This document shows, piece after piece, positions 49,801 through 61,605 of a stretch of 64,000 bases of DNA. A program made the translations under genes and the position numbers. The notes beneath the pieces are model-generated. The model saw only the letters and a program-made list of their open reading frames with translations. It did not search any database and had not been told where the DNA came from. The stretch comes from Klebsormidium nitens (lineage: Eukaryota; Plantae; Klebsormidiophyceae), in the NCBI GenBank assembly GCA_000708835.1, contig DF237235.1, positions 1-64,000 on the forward strand, in the 5' to 3' direction. Position 1 is the first letter of the stretch; each line of letters opens with the position of its first letter.

Positions 49801-51541
49801 GACGATGTTGATTGCGCCACTGAGCATCTCGCCTAGATAGCCCGCGGTGCTGCTGTTGGAGGGGAAGTAGGCGTAGAAGTTGGGGCTCTGCCAGTGGGTC
49901 ACACCGGGGAGAATGTGGGAGCGCACGTCTGCAGAGGACGGGCCAGACAAATGATGGAATTCTTTCCATTCCTGGTGCTTTGCCATCTTGTTTAAGAGCT
50001 GGCTATATCAGTGACCGAATACGCATCTTCCAGATTTGTCGACAGAGAGAAAGTTCCTCTGATGAGCTGGCTTAATCTCTTCAAAGGGATTCGTGGCTGT
50101 GAATCGGTCTCGTTTGCGATTGCCTCACAAGCAGCTTGCTTTCGTAGTGAAGATCCCTGTTCCTGTCTTTGTTATTACTGCTTGAGAGCCGAATTCAAAT
50201 CAAACTGGCCCAAAAAGGCACTCATTGAGAAATCGCTATTCAGGATGGGACGAGCCAATAGCTATCGAGATGATGATGGCAGGAAGTCTTATGGGAATTA
50301 TATCTGCCAATGTGATTGTTTAGATGACTTGACAACCTCAATCTGATCTGCAGCCGGGTCAAAATTGAAAGATCAATCAAAAGGCTTGTGCCGCAGCATC
50401 CCAGGGCAATTGCTCATCGACAACAGGTACCAGAGATCCCCAAACAGGACTCTGTAGATTGGCTTCCAGACATTATCTCAGCAAAAACTGGAGTGATCCC
50501 CCAAGCACCTGGCCGCTGATGCCACACCACCATGTGAAAATCCATCTATCCTGGTTACTTTGGTCTCATTCACAGTTCCTGAGGGTTCAAACTCACACCC
50601 CAGGCTTGAGTATCTTACATTCGTCAGATTCTGTGCACATTGATACAGGTAAGACTGAGAACCTTAACATTGCCATAGCGCTGCTTGCTGCACCACTTTC
50701 TCGTCGAGCAAAAGTGAGACTTTTCTGATCAGAACACCTTAACAATCTGGGATCATGCCTCAAAACGCAACTGCCAATGACTGTCCAGGGAGCTTGCAGT
50801 AAGCCAAAGAAGACAGAAACGTGCTTGCCTTCCAGAATGCTGTCCAGTGATTCTGCTTGCTCAGGGGCGACATCTGGCAAAAGTGGGCGCAGGTAGCCAG
50901 GCTGTACAGAATGAGAGGGCCTTGATCAGCGCACACTAAAAGTCTGGAGATCTCACTCATTAATATACCCAATTCTGCAGGACTGGGAGGCGACTTCTGG
51001 GTGACGGTCTCAAGGGTGGTTACAATGATTGACACATAGGACACTGAATCAAGCCACTTGGACTTAGAATCTTTCAACCATATTGCAGATATGATAGTCA
51101 ATATGAAAATGTCTGATTTGCTACCAACTGAGCAACCTCCCATAGATCCTTGAGAAGCAGTCGCTCAATGGAATGCGGCACGCCAGAGGGAATCAAACCC
51201 AGAACTAATCCCTAAGCATGAAGCGGTCATCTCAAGGACAAGCTTGAGCTCACAGACAACCTAGCAAATCCGATTCAGACAGGGCCCCACGATCAGCATT
51301 CTGACTCTACTCAACCTGACCGGCTGCTTAGCATTCTATCGCAAACTCAGAGCTTTCAACGTACCTTCACTTCGCTCCTGACAGGAAAAGATTCGATGCC
51401 TTTATAGTAGTCAGCTACAAAGTCCACCATCTGATGCGCATGCCGCCGGAACTCCTCGGGGTCTAGCGGTTGCAACCCCGCCATGGCATTTGCAGCTGGA
51501 GCAGCCGAGGAGGTGCCGTTGGTCGTCCCTTCGGGCGCCAT
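43879..51541 (-). CDS. Aromatic L-amino-acid decarboxylase (PLP-dependent group II; TyDC/TDC family)
   Basis: Eleven exons: 51541-51365, 50901-50829, 49928-49698, 48923-48736, 48220-48080, 47591-47532, 47205-47041, 46432-46376, 45362-45174, 44666-44529, 44004-43879. Motifs: [57 protein letters not shown] (PLP lysine), [16 protein letters not shown]. Confidence 0.97.
45340..46230 (-). repeat. Degenerate 150-300-bp tandem array spanning the AADC exon-9 acceptor (5 copies including the real one)
   Basis: CCACCAGGCTCGCYTCGGACGCCTGCGGAC-like cores, with AG at 45363, 45565, 45761, 46060 and 46210. Further internal repeats (GTTGAACRGGACAGTGTGTAACGAA x2). Confidence 0.9.
46882..46966. repeat. 48-bp-period tandem repeat x2 (intronic)
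   Basis: ATTTCTGTCTCTGCATCACTT...CCAAGCG at 46882 and 46930. Confidence 0.9.
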
Positions 51542-52112
51542 TGCGTGATATTTCTATCAAGTAGCTCGAACAGCCATTGCAATTTTCAGCACCAGAACGC
51601 GCAGCTTGAATGGCATTAAGGAATTTGGCAGCCTCCGTTGGCGGCAGCAATTGCTACCTACCGTATGTCCAGTGCATTGTAAACGTATAGAAGGTCTTCC
51701 CGGTCCCTTCTATCCGGTTATCGGCTCCATGGTCCTTCTGGCACAAGATGTCGGGTAATAGCTGAGTGCTCCGCCTCTCGGATGTCACCGGGGCGCTTTC
51801 TTGGTCGAGCCCTCTTCCAAAGGAACCTTACCCAGTTCTTCGGAATCACCAGTAATTGCGGGTTGAGATGACCAGTCTCATGACAAGCATAGCTTATGAG
51901 AAGTCGCCACAATTCTGCCTTTTGCCCCGAGTACCTTCTCCCGACCACAACCCAGGTCCTTTACTTAGAACAGTTGCCAAGATTCTAATGCTCCAAATTT
52001 TCTTGCTCTCTGTCCATACGGTTGGCGGATGATTCTAATCAGAATCGGTCTTTTCGTTTCGAAATGCGGTCTTTGGTTACCAGTTCTAAATATGTATCTT
52101 CAATCTTCGTCA

Positions 52113-52181
52113 AAGAATCTGGGGTTAACGACAGGAGAGTCTTGGAAGAATCTGGGGTTAACAACAGGAGAGTCTTGGAAG
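52113..52181. repeat. 33-bp tandem repeat x2 upstream of the AADC gene
   Basis: AAGAATCTGGGGTTAACRACAGGAGAGTCTTGG is repeated. Confidence 0.92.
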
Positions 52182-52274
52182 ACAATAACGGCTGACTGGC
52201 TATGTTTCTCAACCGGGCTTACTGACCTAGAGTTTCTAGCGGAGATAGTATCAATTAATTTATTGCTAACATGA

Positions 52275-52395
52275 CTCGGGAAATCACAACCCGAGCCTCT
52301 ACAAGGGGGGTCGCAGGGTCATACCCTGGTGGTTTTTGCGGGCCTGAGAGGCCCCGACCCCCTCGACCGAGGTACGGGAAAAAAAAAAAAAAAAA
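52275..52395. other. GC-rich three-way-junction (Y-shaped) inverted-repeat element followed by an A18 tract
   Basis: The outer stem GGGGGTCG/CGACCCCC encloses the hairpins CAGGGT-CAT-ACCCTG and GGGCCT-GAG-AGGCCC. An extra hairpin CTCGGG/CCCGAG lies upstream, and A18 spans 52378-52395. Confidence 0.6.
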
Positions 52396-53464
52396 TGAGA
52401 AGTCGCCACGGCCGGAATTCCGCTATACCGGTAAACTGATTTACGGAATGGGGAGCAAGCGGACTCTAGGCGGAACACTAGGTAGCTAGAGCTGGCAACT
52501 ATCAGACGCCGCCTCCGCGTGCAGCTATGATCAAGAAGTTCAGGTGCTGGTATTCCCCAAGTACATTGCTGAGCAGCTTTTGTGTTAGGAGAATGTAGTG
52601 TCGGTATGGTGTACGTACGAATGTTGGTAGGTGGAGTACACATGCTTTAGCACTACAAGAAGAAGCAAAAGAAACACACAACCACATATGTATGCATGCA
52701 GATGAGAAGCCTATGGCCTATTTGGCTACAGCGAGAACGAAAAGAGACCATCGAGTCCCCAACTCGAGGGTTGCACCTTCAGAACCACGCACTCACCAAG
52801 AACCACGTGCTCACGTTCCGGCCAGATCATCTGTATCAAAACCATCAGAGCAACTTCAAGCAACATGCTTTGATTCTCATGGGGGCCGGCCATGCCCACA
52901 CTGGTGTCTTTATGCAAGGACATATCGTAGTCCTATACATCATTGAGGAGAGATGGCATTACCCATGACTGCCTTCAAATCATGGAAATGCACACCTACC
53001 TAAGTGGCACGTTCTTCACAGCACTTCTGAAGGAATTTTTCCTTGCCCTATTGCCCGTTGCTTCACTCATTGACTCGGAATGGGCACCGAGTCAATTGGG
53101 CAATGGACAACCCATTTCAAACACATGACCAGTAATCGCGATGTCATGAGCGGCACTACAAACTTCATTAAGGTTGATATCCTTGCAAGAGTCCGTCGCT
53201 GCTAGTACTTAGACCTGACCAAGCGCAGTGCTGACAGTGTATGTCTTATAGAGAAATGTGAAAACATTGGAGGCGCGCAGGAAATACTTGAAATCGGTGA
53301 TGCTAAGCAGGCACCGGAGGTCGGGCTTTATGAACAGCAACGGGAATTCTTGCGGCACAATGGGCATAATTGGGCCCCACTAACTTGTTTTTAACTGATT
53401 TGCTTCTATCTGAACTCGTGGCAATTACCAATGCGGGGAAAATTGAAAAACCGGTTGACAGCAA

Positions 53465-55927
53465 TTAATGAAAGCGCTTCTTAAATTCATCGTATAAAAC
53501 AAGGACCCATGCGGCACCTGTACTTCGCATAACACCTGACAACGCCCCTTTGTAAAAGCCACGAACCCCCTCGACGCGAAATATAGTCCGCCAACAGTCC
53601 AGCGTGCTTTTGTACATTGCATCTAGGTCTCCCGACTGCATCATCATCCTATGCCTAACTGTGTTGAACGGGTAGGCTACCAGACCTGAAGTGGTGCTCA
53701 CCGCTTGTGCTATACCCCACTTCTTGTACAACGCCCCCGGTTCGTTGTCATCGATGTACAGATCCTTGAAAGAATCATACATGCCGAAGTACAAGGCCCG
53801 GTGTACGATGATCCCCTGGATCGAAGCCCCAAAGCCTTTGTATAAGCCCCGCAACCCGTCTGACCTATAAATCGTGCTAATCACATTTTTGACCCCCGAA
53901 AATTGGCGGCCCGCAGTGCCGTACCCAACATCCGCTGCAAGCCTGGTGTGAGCAAAGTCGAGCGGGTACGTGATGGAGAGCGCAGTCGCCCCCGCACCAG
54001 CCCCCGCCAAGAGGTTCGCCCCGAAGAATTTGTAGAAGTCGTTCTGCTTGTCATACTTCCCGAGAAGGTCCCGGTACAGGTCCCTGAAGGCGAAGTTGAG
54101 CTGCGAGGTCGGCACGTGCCGCATCATGTCGGCCCCGTTGCCCCGCCAGAGAGACAGAAACCCCTGCTCCCGGATGACCCGCCGCACGCAGTCAATGATG
54201 CCCGTGTACCGCTTGCCGGAGAGAAGCACCTGCCTGTTGCCGTCTTGCGTTTGGAGCAGGACTTTTACTCTGCAGAGAACGTCAGCTCGGTTGAGGCATA
54301 ACGACACTGTTGCCGTCTTGTGTTTGGTGCTATCAGCATGAATTGAGAATTGCCAAGAGCCTTGCTTCGCTTCAAGTGAACAACTGATTCTCTTATCCAC
54401 AATTTCTTCTGATCGGTCTCTCTTACAACTGAAACAACTGGAACAGTGGCCGTTCTGTGACGACAAGGTCAAGAAGGGCTGAAATACTCTGCGGTACTAA
54501 AGCTGCGAAAGCTTGAAAACCTATATGAGTCGCCTAGTTAGTGTACTAAAAAGATCCTTCTTCTCAATTAGGTCCGAAGGCGCATCCTTGCCGCAGAAAG
54601 TTCCGGAGACACGTTCAAATATCTGCCCATCGAGCAAAAATATTGCTCTGCAGACAGCGGAAAGTGCCAACAGTTTGTGGCAAGCGTCACTGCATATGTT
54701 GCCAACTTCCGATAGAGATTGTGGCAACCAATATGGATCTCTTCCAGACTCCTCGGTTAGGTCTCATATTCGGCTCAAAAGCTCATAACGACTACTGACG
54801 GCGAGGACGCCAAAAGCGCCGGATGTTAATCGTGATCAAACAACGGCTGATGCTTGTAGTGGCAAAACGGATGTGACAGAACAGTCAATCTGCGGCGAAC
54901 TACAACGGCCCTTCTACCTCGTTTCTTTTTCCAGCTCAAAGCAACTGGTGTCTCTCGATATGAGGGGCTATGACCGGGGGATTTTCACACCAACGGCTCA
55001 AGGAGTCCAATCACAACACCGCAGAAGCTCCAGGACTCAGAGAACAGAACTGCTTCCCAAACCGTGGGAGCTACAACCGAAAGTAGCAGCAAAGTAGAGC
55101 AAAGGACGAAGCGCATAATGAGAGAAGGTGGTCTTCAAAGGTTGCAAGAAGTAAAGGGGTCTTGCTTGCCAGCTTGAGGTACTGACGGTAGTCCTTGATT
55201 TGCAACTATGACGCAGGTCGAAGCTAGCAATAAGAAGGAAGGACTGCTCTCAACATCTACAAGCAACCAAAATACTATTCATGACAATTGCTGAATCGCA
55301 GCCGACTCATGCAAATGGGCAAGCGCTCCGTCAATGCTGGCGTACTCGCAGTGACTACCAGTAAAAGCAGTCCATCTAGACAAATGCTGTCCAGGGGCTC
55401 AGCAGCCAGAGACCTGCTTCTTTAAGGACACGGCGCCATCACCACACCGATGCCTGCTACATTGTATGCTACCTTCCTGAATGCGCATGTCTTCCTTGCT
55501 GCACAGTGTATTGACAAAAGCTTGCTGGTGCTTGCTTGTTACAAGGATCGTCATCGAAATACATTCTGAACCCCTTGGGAAATTCTTTGCCGCCACTATG
55601 TCCGAAGCAGCTCAATTGAGCATGCCCAACGCCCGGCACTTGGAAAAGGAGGGTGTCCAAAATTTTCTCTTCGTACGGTCTGAATTAGAATTGATCTGGC
55701 AAAAGCTGCGCTTACCTTTCAATTGGAGCGACCGCAGTCTGCGTGATCCCCCCTGCCACTGCAGCCGCCAGCATGTCCAACGTGAAATGGGTCGCCGCCG
55801 CTTCTTGGATGGCCCACTTCTGCGCATTCCACCGTCCCGCGTCATCTTCCGGCGCTAGCGCCTCGCTGGAGTCCAATTGTCCTTCTCTTTGCCCACTTTC
55901 TGAAGGTGGGGACACATCGGGCGGCAT
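53465..55927 (-). CDS. ADP/ATP carrier-like mitochondrial-carrier-family protein, PM-ANT1 (At5g56450)-like subgroup
   Basis: Exons 55927-55716 and 54269-53465 (phase 2). Three MCF repeats: APIERVK, YPLDFAHTRLAADVG, YPFNTVRHRMMMQSG. LWRGNG, WGIAQAV and MYKSTLDCW...RSTGAA..LVLYDE match my recollection of the PM-ANT1 subgroup. Confidence 0.88.
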
Positions 55928-57056
55928 CTTCAAACGTGTTTGACAGCTGCTGAGGTTTGGAGGTGAAGGGCGTCCTCAGGCATTTTACGAATGCAGGAAA
56001 CCCAATCCTTGACGCAACCGTCCCAAGATGAGTGGCCCGCTTTCAAAGTACAAACTTACCCATCTCGAAACACATGCCACGTCCCAAAGAATGCATCCAA
56101 CGTCGCATATCCGCATCAGTACTGCGAGCTGCTAGCGTCGTTTCTAGCAATGGCATACAGAAGACATCTTCTTTCTGCTGAACATTGAAGTTCCCAGGGC
56201 CAATGGCAAGGGCCAATGGGTGCGTGCATGCATGATGTTTGATGCGGGCACGAGTCACGACCAGCTCCTCAAACCCTAATTTGAAGCACTTACTTGCATC
56301 AACGTCGAAGACTCTCTGAATTTGCGAATGTAACGCGCTGCTTGGCGCCAAACTTGTCAAAGGTGCAAGATGACAGCATGATCCTGCTGTTGATGTCAGG
56401 CGTCAAAATACAAGGCCCAAGCGTTTAACTGCCAACCGACCGCGATGAGGTCTTCGAGGTTCAATTTTGGCGAAGCTCAATCTGCTGGCCCAGCTTGAAT
56501 CAAACCGTACACATTGAGTGTGCACCATCCACAAGAAAGCAATCAGGTAGGAAGGAAAGGACTCCCTTCCACCCTGCTGAGGTTTCAGAATCAGGCAGCA
56601 AGGAGGAGGAGGAGGAGGCAGGAACTCGAAGGAGGCAGGAAGGAGAGGCAGAAAGTTCATTTCAGACATCTTTTCGTTAGCTAGGTATGCTGTCCAGAAG
56701 ATTGAAAGGAATGGTGGTCTCACCTCCACACCTCTTATGAGTCAGCTCCTTTTTCAAGTCTGACCTGACCTTCTGAGTAAAGCTGGTATTCTTGCGGTGT
56801 ATTGACTGCCTTAAACTTGCCCAAAATAGATTGTGGTGCAAGTTTTACGTTTCATTATGTACTGGAGAAATTGCTAGTCAGCATTCTATCTTCATTTCGT
56901 GAGAATTGGGCCAGGGCCAATTGGTGATTAGCACACTTTGAGGGCGTGAGTGGGCCAAGAGGAGCAAGGCGCCTCAAACTAATTCTCTAAATTTTCAGTA
57001 AGTTGCACCGAATAATAGTGCACCACCCTTACTGATCGGTGGTGCTTGCTAGGGAC

Positions 57057-58408
57057 ATGTCGGAAGCGGAGGATCTCCCAAAGGCAAACGTGAAGAGAAT
57101 AGTGGGTGCGAAGCTGACGGAGTTTCAAGAGCAGTTCGCGGCAGACGACAAGAAGGGGCGGGCAGTGCAAATCAACAAGGATGCACTGGAGGCCTTTGTC
57201 CAAAGCGCCAAGATCTTCATACACTACCTTTCAGCAACGTGAGCAGACACACTGAGATTCTCTGGTTGTAATGCGACTTAAAACAAGAATCAGAACACGC
57301 AGCCTCTTGGGTTGCTCATGCCGCCACTTGTTTTGGCTACTTTCACGAATGTAAGGGCTGAGAAACGATCTGCTTGCCGCCACCAGTGAGCGCCGACACG
57401 CCCCAGATTCACTTGTCAGATTTGAGTCCCATCCGATTCCTCTCAGGCAAGGGCGAAAGCTTTTTGCCGAAGCTTCATCACACTGCCCCACCGGAAAGGA
57501 GGCAAGCTTAGAGGCGATACTTCGTGTCCCAATTCGCCGCGGGCAGTGACTGTATATGTCATATGTACTGAGCTTTGGGGTTGCTTCACATCCTCGCACC
57601 TTGGTGTAAAAGTGGTATGGATGTATGATTGAAGAGTTGCCAGGAATAAATCTTGAATGCAGATTCTGAGGGCCCAGTCAACAGTGATGGTTGACTGAAA
57701 AATGTCCAAGCATTATTACTGAAGTTTCCCTGCGCCATTATGCATTTGCGACAGTCTGTTATAAAAGCAGCTCCATCTTTTTCTCCTTACAGCGCGAACG
57801 AAATTTGTCAAGAAAGTCGACGGTCAACTGTCAATGCGGAAGATGTGATAAAGGCCTTGGAGGAGATGGAGTTTGACGACTTGATAGAACCTCTGAAAGA
57901 AGCATTAGGCGGTAAGTTGCCCGCTTTCCATTGCTTCATAACTTGACGGACTCTTCGCAGGCCCCGGGAATCACTGCTTATACATCTGTCAGAGATGTTG
58001 TGCTCGTTTCATTCCCTCTGTAGGCTTCACTTATTGCGGCAATAAGTGGCCATGTTCGAGAGGGGATGTTTAGTTGAAAGTCTTTCGAAATCTTGGGCAA
58101 GTCGGTATATGATCACGAAGTCGATTTCAGGCCCGATCTTTAAGCTGCATCAGGAGGTCAACGTTCTCAGTGCATTCCTCAATCCTGGTATTCGCCCCAG
58201 GCAAGGTGTTTACCAAAGGAACTTTTCTACAGTGCTTCGCATTGAAGCTCAAGCGCAAAAGGGCAAAAGAAAGGCTGCCCCAAAGAAACGGAAGCCTGCT
58301 GAGGAGCCAGCGGAAGGAGTACCAGTGGGTGATCAAGAAGGGGAAGCAGAAGGTGCCCATGGGGAAGAGGGTGGTGATGAAGAAATGCAGGAAGATCAGG
58401 CAGGTTGA
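57057..58408 (+). CDS. DPB4: Histone-fold protein DPB4/POLE3/CHRAC17 (NF-YB11-like), DNA polymerase epsilon subunit
   Basis: Exons 57057-57238, 57793-57911, 58233-58408. LPKANVKRIV...INKDALEAFVQSAKIFIHYLSATANEICQESRRSTVNAEDVIKALEEMEF, followed by a basic then acidic tail. Confidence 0.92.
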
Positions 58409-59598
58409 TACTGTCACTTCTGGGCTTCAAAGTCAATCCTTGCCAGTCTTGTTGAGATGTTGCAAGGCAAGGGTTTAAATCTTTAAAAAGGCCGTACATA
58501 TGGTCGCAATGTTTATGGTCATACGTGCTTTCAGTGGCTCTAGAGCCACGGTTAAAGGGAATGTGCTGACGTTCCTTATTGATGGAAGGCACATGCAATC
58601 CAATCTTTATGGTGATTGTCACCATGCATATGATTATATGGGTCTTGCACAGTATAGCTACGAGTATATAGCTATAATCATTAATGGGTTATGAAGCCTT
58701 ATCACATGCATGCATATCAGTAAGGTGCCTCCTACTCAGATGCAGCTAGCTTCGCTGATGGTCGTGCCAGACATCATTGAGATTTCGAGTGAAACACGCT
58801 TGTGCGTGAGATCAATGAAGTATAGGCATACACGAATTGAAACTCAAGTCGCAGGGTGAAAGAACCGGGATCTACTTCCCACGTGTACACGGCTGCTGGA
58901 TGTCTTATCTGTGCGCCTTTTCCGTTTGATCATAAACCGATTTCTAGTAACAAGGGACAAACGACTGAAGACCAAGCATCGCGAACTTATATTTTCTAAT
59001 GTCAAATCTATGTACAGAGTCTCTAAATATATCCAACAAATACTTCTAATCAGCAATTTCTACGATAGCAACCGCGGTTGCGACGAGCCAGGGGAATCAA
59101 TCCCACGCTCAACTTTTCCGAAAGATGGCCCTCGACCTTCCAAAAACAAGTTCCGGAAAAGTCTACTAGCTATGCTCCACTAGCAAGCAATATGCTTTGC
59201 TGAATGCTTACAATCCAATCAAAATGTGCAAACAATTTTGAATTGTTGGATGATCAGCTTCATCAAAACTTCACTTCCTTGGAACCAATTCGGGGACCCT
59301 GTATGCTGCCTTGCAATGGCACTGCACATGAAGAATCAGCCACCATTCAGAACCCAAAGAAGCTTGAAGGACAGTATCCAATGATGACCCAAAACAACTT
59401 CCCGAATTGTCACACAAAATTCAGACAATAGGTAAGGGTGTACTAGAAGCGTTCAATTGCGGTGGTGTAATCTGCATACTCGACCACAGCCAGCAAAATC
59501 CAAGCTCACTCTATCCAATCTCCAGATCATTGCCAAGCGACCACCAGATGAAGTGGCAGCCGGGGATGACACTGAAAATATGTAGATTGACGTATACT

Positions 59599-60454
59599 TC
59601 AGGTCTGGTCATCAACCATCACACACCGTACAAAGCAGGACCTGCAGTGTATCCAACCTTGGTAGTCGCTCACCTTGGCTTCGCCCTTCCCTTCGCAACT
59701 GGGACACTCGTCCTTGTGCCTCAGCTTCCCTTCCCATCTAATCTGCCCCGTTCCCTGGCACAGGTCACACGCAATGCGCCCCGCGCCCTTGCAGTCCCGG
59801 CACACCTTAGCCGGCGCAGTTGTGGCCCCCTTCTGCAGCAAGTTTGCACCCTGGCTAACGGCCCCAACAACACCGGCCACCGTGAGTGTAGCTGCCATCA
59901 TGCCAGCCCCACCTGCAGGGTCAGAAAGTTGGGTAAGGAGTGATGTTGAGCACCTCTGCACGCAGTATGGATCAAGCACTTATTGTGGCTGTTGTGCGCA
60001 TGTCAGACCTTTGTACTAGCTGCAGTCTCAAAACATATGGGTAATCACAATCACACAGGCTATCGGAAACACGCTGTTTATGAGGAAGGACTCTTCGGGG
60101 GGGAAGTCGGCTAATAGAGAAGAAGCCTGTCAATCGAAGCATGTCAATTAAAAGGTGGCGTTAGAGTTTGGCAGCAGCATGCCCCTGGCAAAAGGCCCCC
60201 TGAAGGCAACAAGCACTTGTCAGGCTGTTGCCTTACTGCCGCAGTTTGTATTTTACTCTCCCCTCCCTTCATGAATCACCTAACCTGCATCATTGTGCAG
60301 AAACTTTCTTGCACCAATCATATCAATGTGAGGTCAGTACGACAAAGAAAAGCAAGCACAAGTGAGCGCACTCACCCTTCAGTCCTCCGGGATTGAGCAC
60401 CGGGGCTGCAACGCCAACGACCGACTTGAACCCCCTTCCGGACACGGCTTGCAT
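59599..60454 (-). CDS. DnaJ-type cysteine-rich zinc-finger protein (no J domain); both ends uncertain
   Basis: Exons 60454-60376 and 59912-59674 (phase 1). Three CxxCxGxG motifs (CRDCKGAG, CDLCQGTG, CPSCEGKG) follow a hydrophobic segment. The last exon is not resolved. Confidence 0.75.
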
Positions 60455-61255
60455 GGACTGGGAGAGAGACGCGGGGGCGAGCCTCCCTGAGGTTTTGCGG
60501 CTGTGCACAATTGCTGGAACTGGTCCTGCAATTCAACCTGACGCTTCAGTAAGAAGCCAAATAGTCAGAAAATGTGAGAACGGGCTGTTGAGAGGTTGGC
60601 AGCGAGCGAAGTGCCTTGGAGCAGAAGAAATACAGCAAAGAAGACGGTAGGGAAGGGACCACTGAGATTCGACGACCCAGCTCGTGCAGGGCCCGCGACA
60701 TGTTGAAAAAGGAATCTGAAACTTGACCGCAAACAAGGTTCCAAGCCTGTATCAGAGCTGCGAAGCCTCCCAATCAACATGCAAACAAGTAGCCCGGTGA
60801 CTAGACAAACCTTTCTGACCTTGTTTAATGAGTTGGAATTGTATCAAAATCTGCGCAAAAGAGTTGAGAGACTTCTACAGATATAGCCCTCTACAAATGT
60901 ACTGAAACAAACATAGCAAGTAAACCAACGTCATACAGACAGAATACTTGACGAATTTTCTGGAAAATATGTGGCAAGTATCCCAACGTCGTATCCAGCA
61001 GGGCGTAGTAAAGCACAATGAAGACATGACTCGAATCCTCATCTTGCATGCATGCCCAGAATGTACCCAGAAACATCCCCCGCTTCTTTCAAACCTAGTT
61101 GCAGCGATTGGGCCCGGGGCGGGATACTTTATCTGCCCTGCTGAGCATAGATGTGAAGCTAAAATGACTCATGAAATCCACGATGTCAAAAACAACCGCC
61201 TGTTACCCGACAATCTTGATTGTATACAGAGGGTCTGACCGGCCAGCTTGCTTAC

Positions 61256-61605
61256 CCGCATTTGTGCACTTTTGCCCATCGTCATGAATCCCACCCCCAC
61301 TCCCTGCAAGGTCTTCGTCCAACACCCTAAACCCTTCCGCTGTCTTCCCCTGCGTGTGCTCTCGCACGTCCGGAGAGCACGCTGCCGCGCTAGTCACTAA
61401 TCTTTGACCATTTTCCGGACTGTCTGAACCGCGTACTACCCCAGAGTGGTCGGCCGCAGCCGAAGATGACTCGTCCGCATACACAACCCCAATCTCCTGA
61501 TCAGTGACGAGCTCCTTAGAAATGCCGTCGGAGAGGCCCCAGTGGCCAGGGACGGTGAGGCCGTCAGAGTTCGCGGTTGAGGTGGCGGAACAGGAAGGAC
61601 GGAGC
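61256..61605 (-). CDS. Probable exon of unknown function (Ser/Asp/Gly-rich), possibly a 5' exon of the DnaJ-ZF gene
   Basis: Open frame bounded by a ctttgtgctcAG acceptor (61606-61607) and a G|GTAAGC donor (61255). I could not find a phase-consistent link to the downstream exons. Confidence 0.35.

Noticed and set aside
52339-52353. Hammerhead ribozyme core
   Set aside because: CTGAGAG does not match CUGANGA, and there is no correctly placed GAAA.
53903-54341. Plus-strand ORFs of 97-132 aa
   Set aside because: These are antisense shadows of the GC-rich carrier exon; the same applies to most short ORFs opposite exons throughout the window.
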